IMG/VR virus record: IMGVR_UViG_3300014039_000004
DNA from: a virus
Reading direction: 5' to 3' (one strand)
Length of the DNA stretch: 64,000 bases
The notes beneath the pieces were generated by a model that had not been told where the DNA came from, ran no database searches, and saw nothing but the letters and a program-made list of their open reading frames with translations. This document shows positions 19,950-27,112 of the stretch, piece after piece (position 1 is the first letter of the stretch; the number at the start of each line of letters is the position of its first letter). Position numbers and translations under genes: made by a program.

Positions 19950-20408
19950 TTAGAAGAAAACTATTTTTACCATCGCTATGATAAATAAAATTGTTACTAT
20001 CAAACTATAACATTTATATCTATAAAGATTTTCAACTTTAATTTGTGTTTGAGTTACACAATTATCACAACCTTTTTGATAATCTTCAATTTCTTTTTCA
20101 AAATCATAAATATCTTTATGAGCTTTTCTTAATTCAGATTCTTGTGCATTAAGTCGATTATTTAAATCTTCAATATTTTGTTCACAAGATACAATAGTTG
20201 CTCCAAGACGTTCATTAGTTATTTTTTTATTATCTAATTCATCTTTAAGTTTATTAATTTTATCTTTAAGTTGAAGAATATCTGTATCTTTAGTTTTATC
20301 AATACTTATTTGAGATAATAATTCTTTTTCTTTTTCATCTTTTCTAAGTATAATATTAACTAACTCTGTTTTAGTCTTTTTTATAAGACTATTATTACTT
20401 GTACTCAT
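19950..20408 (-). CDS. coiled-coil protein with C-terminal transmembrane anchor
   Basis: 152 aa. Heptad-rich K/E/L sequence, then YSLIVTILFIIAMVKIVFF at the C-terminus. Confidence 0.6.
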   Translation of the reverse strand: MSTSNNSLIKKTKTELVNIILRKDEKEKELLSQISIDKTKDTDILQLKDKINKLKDELDNKKITNERLGATIVSCEQNIEDLNNRLNAQESELRKAHKDIYDFEKEIEDYQKGCDNCVTQTQIKVENLYRYKCYSLIVTILFIIAMVKIVFF

Positions 20409-20600
20409 AATTATAAAATTTAAAAGTTATTCAAATTTAATATTATTACCATAATTATCATCTGATTCTTCAAGTTTTTCACCATAAAGGTCATAACTAT
20501 CAAAATCAGATGATAAACAATCAGTATCAATATTTACAGCAATATCATCAAAATAGTCATTCATATTATTATTTATTAGATAAGTGCAAATATAATACAT

Positions 20601-20617
20601 ATCTTCTACAGGGGAGC
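20601..20617 (+). repeat. 17-nt motif, forward: ATCTTCTACAGGGGAGC
   Basis: Intergenic, 17 nt beyond the stop of 20635..21102. Confidence 0.85.
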
Positions 20618-20634
20618 TATTTTGAACTATTTAT

Positions 20635-21102
20635 TTATAATACTTTATGTTTAATTAAAAATTTAGAATTATAATTATAATCAATATAACCATTACTTTC
20701 TAATGTATCATCTTCTGAAATTACTTTATTTTTATATGTTTCATCTTTATAATATTTATAATCTTTTGTATTTTTATCATCACCATCTTTTATATATTTA
20801 TAAGGATGATATATAACAGTATAATATAAATTATTAAGAATATTATCAACAACTATATTTTTAATCTCTTTAAATACAAAATCATTATTATTTTGTATAT
20901 ATTCTTTAATCTTATCAATATCAAAATCTTCAATAGTTAATAAAACATCATCTAACTTATTAGTTAATAGTTTAATTAACTGTTGTTCGATTTTATCTTG
21001 ATTATAGGGATTACTATTAATAAAAGAAGTAATAACTAAATCTTTAACTTTACTGGCATTATCACTATGTTCAAAAAGAAAATTAATAAGTTGATTATTC
21101 AT
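20635..21102 (-). CDS. hypothetical protein (gene bracketed by inverted copies of the 17-nt motif)
   Basis: 155-aa ORF. Motif copies lie at 20601-20617 (forward) and 21143-21159 (reverse). Confidence 0.6.
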   Translation of the reverse strand: MNNQLINFLFEHSDNASKVKDLVITSFINSNPYNQDKIEQQLIKLLTNKLDDVLLTIEDFDIDKIKEYIQNNNDFVFKEIKNIVVDNILNNLYYTVIYHPYKYIKDGDDKNTKDYKYYKDETYKNKVISEDDTLESNGYIDYNYNSKFLIKHKVL

Positions 21103-21142
21103 AATATTTTTATTTTTAATAGTTTTATTGTTAGATTGATGA

Positions 21143-21159
21143 ACTCCCCTGTAGAAGAA
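21143..21159 (-). repeat. 17-nt motif, reverse (ACTCCCCTGTAGAAGAA on the plus strand)
   Basis: Intergenic, 40 nt upstream of the start of 20635..21102. Confidence 0.85.
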
Positions 21160-21213
21160 TATAGATGAGTAAGAGTATTAATAATATTACTATTACTAAT
21201 ACTCTTTTAAATA

Positions 21214-21501
21214 TTACTTAGAATATTTTCTACCCATTTTTATTTGAACTTCTTTAGGAAGATAATTTTTATAAAGTTTACCACTTTTTTTAGATAGTTT
21301 CCAAATATAATAAGCACCATTACGAGATTTATAAACTTTATATACATTATCTGTTGTTCGATAAGTATATGTTGTAGTAGTATCAGTAAATGTTACTTTA
21401 TTTTTACTAGGAGCTTTAAATTCTTGTGCATTACAAGCTGCTATTGAAGCAATAAAAATAATGCTACCAATAATAATTTTACCTAATGTATTTGCATTCA
21501 T
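21214..21501 (-). CDS. putative secreted lipoprotein
   Basis: 95 aa. Signal peptide MNANTLGKIIIGSIIFIASIAAC with an IAAC lipobox. Confidence 0.6.
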   Translation of the reverse strand: MNANTLGKIIIGSIIFIASIAACNAQEFKAPSKNKVTFTDTTTTYTYRTTDNVYKVYKSRNGAYYIWKLSKKSGKLYKNYLPKEVQIKMGRKYSK

Positions 21502-21525
21502 ATTATTTATAATTATAAGTTTATA

Positions 21526-21909
21526 TTATTTACATTCAATAAAAAGATTATCATCAAATTGTTCATATTCAGTATTAACTAATTCATCTTTACTAATACT
21601 ATCAAATCTAATATAAAAACTATCATATTGTAATATTACTATAAAAGGATATAAATTATTAACACGAACATTATTTTTATTTTTTAATGATTTAAGTAAT
21701 TTATCTTCATCGTTTTCTACTATTTTGATATTAATAACATTAATAGGTAAATAACAAGCATTAAAATTATTAATAAGATTAGCAGCTCGTCCACTAATAA
21801 GATAATCAATATCTTTATTAATGCTATTAAGTACTTTTTTAAGTTTAAAATTAATAAATCTTACAGTAGCACGATTTACAAGTCTTGATTTGTTACTAAT
21901 TTGTTCCAT
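21526..21909 (-). CDS. hypothetical protein
   Basis: ORF 21526..21969 trimmed to MEQISNKSRL (ATG 21909), because the extension overlaps a tRNA-like element. Confidence 0.5.
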   Translation of the reverse strand: MEQISNKSRLVNRATVRFINFKLKKVLNSINKDIDYLISGRAANLINNFNACYLPINVINIKIVENDEDKLLKSLKNKNNVRVNNLYPFIVILQYDSFYIRFDSISKDELVNTEYEQFDDNLFIECK

Positions 21910-21949
21910 AGTTGTATTATTTAAATGTTTATAAAGTTGATTAATTCTA

Positions 21950-22016
21950 GGGAGACATACAGGATTCAAACCTGTATCTACAATAGTAGGTTTTGCTCTA
22001 TTAAACTAATGTCCCC
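21950..22016 (-). ncRNA. tRNA-like element or degenerate tRNA with a truncated anticodon arm
   Basis: Minus-strand sequence GGGACAT-TA-GTTT-AATAGAGC-AAAC-C-CTAC-TATT-GTAG-AT-ACAGG-TTTGAAT-CCTGT-ATGTCTC. The acceptor stem, D arm and T arm with a TTTGAAT loop fold well. The anticodon arm is only a 4-bp stem with a 4-nt loop. Confidence 0.3.
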
Positions 22017-22190
22017 ATTCAACTTAATGTTGAATACCTATATTAACAGGATTTACAATATCAACAATAATACTCCAAGCAAGTTCTTGTTGACCTTGAG
22101 TTTCTGCTTTAAAAAAAGCATCTAAGTAATAACCTAATTGTTTCATAGTTTTAATATTAATAATAGTTTTATTATTTAAACTATCAATGT

Positions 22191-22238
22191 GTCCTAGACA
22201 ATTTCTAACCTTGTTACAATAGTTTTATTTACTAGGAC
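22191..22238. repeat. 48-nt structured element, copy A
   Basis: Outer stem GTCCTAG/CTAGGAC, inner stem ACAA/TTGT, loop containing TTCTAAC, invariant 17-mer TACAATAGTTTTATTTA (22215-22231). Lies 8 nt 3' of the stop of 22247..22468. Confidence 0.6.
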
Positions 22239-22246
22239 TAATAGTA

Positions 22247-22468
22247 TTATTTGAATACTATAAACAAACCATATTCATTAGAATATATATCTGTAATATC
22301 AGTATCACAAATTGTTACTATATTTTGAATTTTGACAACAGTTACATCAACATTACTTAAAATATTGATGACAGCTTTTCTTGCTAAAGTATTATTAGCA
22401 AATTTAATGTCAAGTGAGCTATTAACCATGCTACAACTTTCAACTCTTCTAAATCTAATTGTTTTCAT
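22247..22468 (-). CDS. small hypothetical protein, paralog of 22770..22991
   Basis: 73 aa. MKTIRFRRVE...ARKAVINILSNVDVTV aligns with MKQIRFSRVE...ARNTAAKILQQVDVTV. Confidence 0.6.
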   Translation of the reverse strand: MKTIRFRRVESCSMVNSSLDIKFANNTLARKAVINILSNVDVTVVKIQNIVTICDTDITDIYSNEYGLFIVFK

Positions 22469-22711
22469 ACTTGTAAATTTTAATTGTTAAAGAATTGATA
22501 ATCTATAAACCCATCAAGGATAACTTAATTATCATGAATTGTATCACTTATAATATAAGTTACAATCAAGTTTAAGAGTTTCAATTACTATTTCATTTAT
22601 GCACTCTTTAAGTTAATGAAAAGAATAGTTCTTATATACTCTGAACTATTAATATGAGGAATATTATTATTCTCACGAACCATAATATTAAAAACCATAA
22701 AAATTCTAAGT

Positions 22712-22759
22712 CTCCACTCTGAGTTCTAACCTCAGTACAATAGTTTTATTTAAGTGGAG
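22712..22759. repeat. 48-nt structured element, copy B
   Basis: Outer stem CTCCACT/AGTGGAG, inner hairpin CTGAG-TTCTAAC-CTCAG, invariant 17-mer at 22736-22752. Lies 10 nt 3' of the stop of 22770..22991. Confidence 0.6.
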
Positions 22760-22769
22760 TATTAGGATA

Positions 22770-22991
22770 TTATCTAAAAGTTATAAAATATCCTTCTTCA
22801 TTGACTTCAATGTTACAATTAAAGCCAATAGTAATCTGAACTGTAGCATTAATACGATATACAGTAACATCTACTTGCTGTAAAATTTTTGCAGCAGTAT
22901 TTCTAGCTACTGTATCATCATTAAATTTAAAAATAGCTATACCATTCTCAAATCTAAATGCTTCAACTCTTGAAAATCTAATTTGTTTCAT
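22770..22991 (-). CDS. small hypothetical protein, paralog of 22247..22468
   Basis: 73 aa; see 22247..22468. Confidence 0.6.
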   Translation of the reverse strand: MKQIRFSRVEAFRFENGIAIFKFNDDTVARNTAAKILQQVDVTVYRINATVQITIGFNCNIEVNEEGYFITFR

Positions 22992-23382
22992 ACTTTTGTT
23001 ATTTACTTATACTTATTTATTTTAATAGTTCACAGATACAGAGCCATTATTAATCATATTAATAGTTTCTCTCTGTATTTCGTCCAGTCTCATCAGTGTA
23101 AATTTTAACGTCTCCTGGATGACGACTATTATTAGACTAAATAATAGTATCTAACTCTTGAATAGTTTCTCTTATAGTCTGTTTAAGCCATTATTCAAAA
23201 GTATAAGCACTAGTTTATACGCTTATTTATGTAAGGTATCTTCTTACAATACTTTTTTCAACATTATTATTATTATAGTTTCTATATGAAGTACCATATC
23301 CATTATAATAATAAAAAAGCACACTTGTATTAATAAGCAGTTTATACACTTGCTTAGGTGTTTCTGTTTCTTAGATATTATA

Positions 23383-23790
23383 TTAAAAATCTATCTTTAA
23401 AATCTCTCTAATAACATCTGATAATTTTGATTGAAGCAAAATTGTAAGTTCTCCATCTCTCTCTAAGATAAATTTGAACTCTATTCCATTTTTTATCCAA
23501 TGTCCTGAACGATAATATATCTTATACTTGGAAAGTCTATCTTTAGAAAGAGAAGCTGCTAAAGCAAGAAGATTAATATTTTGACCTTTTGCTGCTAAAG
23601 CATTTCCTTTAGTCTTAATATTATCAATTATGCTTCCTGTATGAAAACTAAATTGCATAATTTCACCCTTACTTTTTTTTAAATAAGAGTTTGCAATTTC
23701 TAGAAATTCTTCATAAGAACTAAACTTTTCTCCAAAGAATCCAGTTCCTTCAAAACTATTTTCTATTTTAATATTTACGTAATATTCCAT
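23383..23790 (-). CDS. hypothetical protein
   Basis: 135-aa ORF. Confidence 0.6.
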   Translation of the reverse strand: MEYYVNIKIENSFEGTGFFGEKFSSYEEFLEIANSYLKKSKGEIMQFSFHTGSIIDNIKTKGNALAAKGQNINLLALAASLSKDRLSKYKIYYRSGHWIKNGIEFKFILERDGELTILLQSKLSDVIREILKIDF

Positions 23791-24144
23791 AATGTTCTTA
23801 TTTAATAATGATATTACTATTTATAATAGCTATAATATGTATTATTACTATACTAATTAGTATTATTATTAGTATGATATTTATCAGTTGTAAAAACAAC
23901 TTCAATGAGTTTGAGATTATGAGTAGGAGAATTAGAATTAACAGAAAAGTGAGATTGAGAGATAGTACCACTTACACTTCCTCTTATTTCTATACTCCTA
24001 CCATATCTTTCAGGTTCTTCAACACTTATTAGAATATTTATCTAACAAGGTAAATCACTTCCATTATTCCAAAAGTGATTATTGCTTCTATTACTAAAAG
24101 CAAACAAAATTTCAAATCGTCCATATCTTCATCTATTTTATTGT

Positions 24145-24192
24145 TCCCACTATGAGTTCTACTCTCATTACAATAGTTTTATTTAAGTGGGA
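24145..24192. repeat. 48-nt structured element, copy C
   Basis: Outer stem TCCCACT/AGTGGGA, inner hairpin ATGAG-TTCTACT-CTCAT, invariant 17-mer at 24169-24185. Lies 8 nt 3' of the stop of 24201..24452. Confidence 0.6.
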
Positions 24193-24200
24193 AAATAGTG

Positions 24201-24452
24201 TTATAGTTCAACACTAACACCAATTTCTTCAGGTTTATCAATAACATAACCTAAAGAAACATTTGTTGTATCAGTGATATAAATATCACCATCTTTTACA
24301 ACAAACTTGCCCTCAAGACCTAAATTAATAAGTCTTTCAGACTCGAACTTAGCACGAGCAGCATTACGAAAAATGATACCAAACTGCTTGTTACTCACTA
24401 CTGTACCTTGTACGTGGTATAACGTTGTGTGCTTTCTTTCTCGCATAGTCAT
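24201..24452 (-). CDS. small hypothetical protein (possibly a distant paralog of the 22247/22770 pair)
   Basis: 83-aa ORF with higher G+C. Followed by the same 48-nt element. Confidence 0.6.
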   Translation of the reverse strand: MTMRERKHTTLYHVQGTVVSNKQFGIIFRNAARAKFESERLINLGLEGKFVVKDGDIYITDTTNVSLGYVIDKPEEIGVSVEL

Positions 24453-24473
24453 ATCTTATTGTTTTGATTATTG

Positions 24474-24521
24474 TTAGAGTACTTAGTACAACATTATAAA
24501 ACATTGTACCAAATACTCTAA
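24474..24521 (-). terminator. interrupted hairpin downstream of 24534..25025
   Basis: ttagagta...tacaa (24474-24491) pairs with ttgta...tactctaa (24504-24521), with an internal mismatch block. Confidence 0.4.
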
Positions 24522-24533
24522 TATTATCTAAAT

Positions 24534-25025
24534 TTAGCCTAGCAACAACTTCATTGCTAATGCTTCAAGCATCTTTAGTCCAATAGGACTTAAACGTATA
24601 TTCACGATATGATTAATAATCACATCATGGTCATACGTTTTACCATCACCATCATTATCAGACCATGGATTATGCCAAACTTGACCTGCAGCTACAGGTT
24701 CTTGAATGACATCAAATGTAGCTCTTGACAAAAGTACTTGAAGAGCTTCTGGATGTTCAACGATATGATTAGCAGCAAAAGCTGTATTATCATCATCCTT
24801 GAATTGAGAACTAATACTAAAACTACTTACGAATACTAAAGTAGTCTTAGCAGGATTGTAAATTCCATTCTCATCTTGAACATATCCATCAACCTCAGTA
24901 TCGGTACTAAGACCAATACGAGTGTAGTTCTCTTCATGACTAATAGTCACGTTACGAATTTTAATATTGTTCACACGTTTGGCACCTTCTTTAAGAAGGG
25001 CATCAATTACTTTCTTTGTCTCCAT
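24534..25025 (-). CDS. hypothetical protein, paralog of 25618..26103
   Basis: 163 aa, with G+C well above the background. C-terminal similarity: LLSRATF...AAGQVW...HDVIINHIV...L aligns with LLRGATI...SAGEVL...HDVYIVDII...L. Confidence 0.65.
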   Translation of the reverse strand: METKKVIDALLKEGAKRVNNIKIRNVTISHEENYTRIGLSTDTEVDGYVQDENGIYNPAKTTLVFVSSFSISSQFKDDDNTAFAANHIVEHPEALQVLLSRATFDVIQEPVAAGQVWHNPWSDNDGDGKTYDHDVIINHIVNIRLSPIGLKMLEALAMKLLLG

Positions 25026-25172
25026 GATTATAATGTTTAAGTTGTTGGAGATTGTTTATAAAACTTTTAATACTAAATATTAGTGGAAGTCTTATTTGAA
25101 CACTAATATTAGGACAATATACAAATATCGAACTCTTACTTGGAGTTTGACAAATGTTTGATATTGCCAAAA

Positions 25173-25238
25173 CTTGCATTATTGAGACGAGCAGGACTTG
25201 TATTATTGAGATGAGCACTTGCTCTATTGAGATGAGCA
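25173..25238 (-). promoter_or_regulatory. three tandem 21-24 bp repeats upstream of 24534..25025
   Basis: On the plus strand: CTTGCATTATTGAGACGAGCA (25173-25193), CTTGTATTATTGAGATGAGCA (25197-25217) and CTTGCTCTATTGAGATGAGCA (25218-25238). Confidence 0.55.
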
Positions 25239-25240
25239 GA

Positions 25241-25300
25241 ATTATTTAAGTTGATTGATGCAATACTAATTAAAATATTACATCAATCAACTTAAATAAT
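25241..25300 (-). terminator. perfect 20-bp hairpin downstream of 25306..25557
   Basis: attatttaagttgattgatg (25241-25260) is the exact reverse complement of catcaatcaacttaaataat (25281-25300), with a 20-nt loop. No clear U-run follows. Confidence 0.5.
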
Positions 25301-25305
25301 CAAGA

Positions 25306-25557
25306 TTAGAGCACAGTATCAAATGGTGGTACATATTCTGCAATAAGCATAATATCTCGATTATCACCATACTCTAAACGAGCACTATAATACTGATTAC
25401 AGCAATAGTGCTTGGTGAGTTTCTCGAATCTGAGATTGTAGTTAGATTCAAGATAACTATAAAGTTCATCTTGATTATCTAATACAAAATCTGTACAGAT
25501 GATTGACACTCCGTGAAAAACATCTGCTCCTTGTAGACTGACAACAAATTTAATCAT
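25306..25557 (-). CDS. hypothetical protein
   Basis: 83-aa ORF with higher G+C. Confidence 0.6.
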   Translation of the reverse strand: MIKFVVSLQGADVFHGVSIICTDFVLDNQDELYSYLESNYNLRFEKLTKHYCCNQYYSARLEYGDNRDIMLIAEYVPPFDTVL

Positions 25558-25580
25558 TGTTTCATGTTTTAGTGATGAAA

Positions 25581-25611
25581 GAGGATAGTGAGCACTAAGC
25601 CCACTATCCTC
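25581..25611 (-). terminator. hairpin terminator downstream of 25618..26103
   Basis: gaggatagtg (25581-25590) pairs with cactatcctc (25602-25611), 10 bp perfect. CUUUCAU follows on the minus strand. Confidence 0.55.
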
Positions 25612-25617
25612 CTTGAA

Positions 25618-26103
25618 TCAGTCTTCGAGCATGGCTGCCATGACAACCTTGTCAATCAAGTCCAGACTGCGTTGTGTTAGACTACACTTGATGATGTCTA
25701 CAATGTAAACATCATGCTCAAGTGCATCCTCAGCACCTTCAAGAACTTCACCTGCACTATGCAGTGTGTAATTGAAGGTGATTGTAGCACCACGAAGTAG
25801 TGTACTCCAACGAGCCTGATTGAAAGCATGAGACTTGATACCACGAAATGTGGCAATGTCATCATTCACTGCACAAAGTTGTGCAGTAGCAGCTTTAGTG
25901 TTGAGGTTAATGAAGTCAACCTCACCATTAGCAAAAGTGCCGTCATCTTTACGAACGAAGCCTTTCAGCTTCTTATCAATGATGACATGGAGCTTGCCTC
26001 CAAACTCTTCGTCGAAAAGAGTCACTGACTGTACTGTGGCCACGATGGTCTCAGTCACGTTCTTCACTGCATTCACACTCGCATTGTTTGCTGTTTTTCC
26101 CAT
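25618..26103 (-). CDS. hypothetical protein, paralog of 24534..25025
   Basis: ORF 25618..26199 trimmed to MGKTANNASVN (ATG 26103). The highest G+C seen in the window. Confidence 0.65.
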   Translation of the reverse strand: MGKTANNASVNAVKNVTETIVATVQSVTLFDEEFGGKLHVIIDKKLKGFVRKDDGTFANGEVDFINLNTKAATAQLCAVNDDIATFRGIKSHAFNQARWSTLLRGATITFNYTLHSAGEVLEGAEDALEHDVYIVDIIKCSLTQRSLDLIDKVVMAAMLED

Positions 26104-26176
26104 TGTTGTAGAATTTTTATGGTTATTGGGAACAAGAGTTACATGAACTCTAGCAACAGACTTTCTATTGCCAAAA

Positions 26177-26236
26177 CTTGTATTATTGAGAATGAACAAT
26201 TTGACGAAGTCAAATCTTGCACTATTGAGATGAGCA
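26177..26236 (-). promoter_or_regulatory. two copies of the 21-bp repeat upstream of 25618..26103
   Basis: CTTGTATTATTGAGAATGAACA (26177-26197) and CTTGCACTATTGAGATGAGCA (26216-26236). The box ATTGCCAAAACTTG[CT]ATTATTGAGA is shared with 25163-25186. Confidence 0.55.
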
Positions 26237-26289
26237 TGACGGGGGTATTGACAATCGTTATCAGACCCAGGGGGTCTCTCGTATATAGG

Positions 26290-26540
26290 CTCACGCTTTT
26301 ACAATTACATCTTTTACTTTTTATCCTTATCCTCATTTTCACCTTCATCTTTACTCTCACTCTCACTCTCACTCTCACGCTTTCACTATTACACTTTTTA
26401 TCCTTATCTTTATCATCATACTTTTTATCTTTATTTTTATCTTTATCTTTATCTTTATCATCCTCATTCTCATCTTTATTCTTACTTTACTTTTTACTTT
26501 TTACTTTTTTACTTTTACTCTTACTTTCACTCTCTCATAA
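26290..26540. repeat. pyrimidine-rich low-complexity array (left arm of an inverted purine/pyrimidine-rich pair)
   Basis: An ~85-bp direct repeat (ctcacgctttt acaattaca... and ctcacgctttc actattaca...), (CTCACT)4 at ~26355-26378, (ATCTTT)n at ~26425-26460 and (TACTTTT)n at ~26483-26520. Confidence 0.7.
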
Positions 26541-26772
26541 TTATATTATTATATTATTTATAAGTTTATAAAACTTATTATTAGTATTTGTTCCATTATT
26601 ATCAATTTTATTATTTATAAAAGCTCCAAGTTCTATATCTTCAAGTTTATAAAGTTCTACAAATTTTAAAATACTATCAATATGTCTTAAATTATATCAA
26701 ATACTACCAATAAGTTTATTAAGTTTATCTTTTCTATTATTTTTAATTCTATTAGTTTGATTAGATTTATTA

Positions 26773-26789
26773 GCTCCCCCGTAGAAGAA
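26773..26789 (-). repeat. 17-nt motif, reverse (GCTCCCCCGTAGAAGAA on the plus strand)
   Basis: In the centre of the divergent non-coding region. Confidence 0.85.
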
Positions 26790-26939
26790 TTGTATGATTA
26801 TAAATCACTTTACTATTAATACTATTACTTATATTATTACTTGGAGTATTATATTAAAATAAAATATTAAATTAATTATAATGTTTTAAGTAATATTAGA
26901 ACTGATAATAAAGAAAGTGTAGATTGTATTGTAATTAAT

Positions 26940-27090
26940 GGTAGAAGAGATGTTAATAAACTTGTAGAGTGTGATAAGAATGATAAGAGAAATAGTGAAA
27001 GAAGTGATAGAAGTGATAGTGCAACTAATGTTGATAAAGCTAAAAGTGATAGTGAAAGAAATAGTAAAGCTAATAGTGAATCTTATATTA
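26940..27090. repeat. purine-rich iteron-like array (right arm)
   Basis: Reiterated AGTGATAG / AGTGAAAG / TAATAGTGAA units. Roughly the reverse complement in composition of 26290-26540. Confidence 0.65.
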
Positions 27091-27092
27091 TT

Positions 27093-27112
27093 TTATTTAA
27101 TATTTTAATTTT
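27093..27112 (+). promoter_or_regulatory. conserved 20-mer TTATTTAATATTTTAATTTT (candidate promoter element at the head of the plus-strand block)
   Basis: Identical to 19573-19592 and 37268-37287. Overlaps the 26-nt palindrome. Confidence 0.4.

Noticed and set aside
20420-20600. Small ORF MNDYFDDIAVNIDT... (20420..20563). Its N-terminus resembles the 19691..19810 peptide. An acidic tail (DCLSSDFDSYDLYGEKLEESDDNYGNNIKFE) is encoded in another frame (20427..20525), suggesting a frameshifted paralog.
   Set aside because: There is no slippery or homopolymer site at the frame junction, and the similarity covers only a few residues. The evidence is too weak to call a gene or a frameshift.
22198-22214. 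The inner hairpins of the three 48-nt elements look like anticodon arms with a CUA (amber-suppressor) anticodon on the plus strand.
   Set aside because: No D or T arms can be formed, and 48 nt is too short. All long ORFs are intact under the standard code, so there is no sign of TAG reassignment in this window. The elements are kept as a structured-element finding only.
23808-24032. 74-aa plus-strand ORF (MILLFIIAIICIITILISIIISMIF...).
   Set aside because: It is the only plus-strand ORF inside the minus-strand block, is I/L-rich from AT-rich DNA, and has no promoter context. It is probably spurious, although a tiny membrane peptide cannot be excluded.
25003-25218. 71-aa minus-strand ORF overlapping the tandem 21-bp repeats.
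   Set aside because: It is a translation of the repeat and promoter region upstream of 24534..25025 (repetitive ...IMQVL... peptide). It is not credible as a gene.
25173-26540. Possible CRISPR array, because of the short tandem repeats.
   Set aside because: The repeats are 6-24 bp, directly abutting or low-complexity. They lack unique spacers of 25-40 bp, and no cas genes are present.
26119-26571. 150-aa plus-strand ORF (LTLTLTLTLSLL...SLSLSS), with the overlapping minus-strand ORF 26139..26378 (MRVRVRVRVKMKVK...).
   Set aside because: Both are translations of hexamer and pyrimidine-rich tandem repeats in the non-coding divergent region. They are low-complexity with no gene context.
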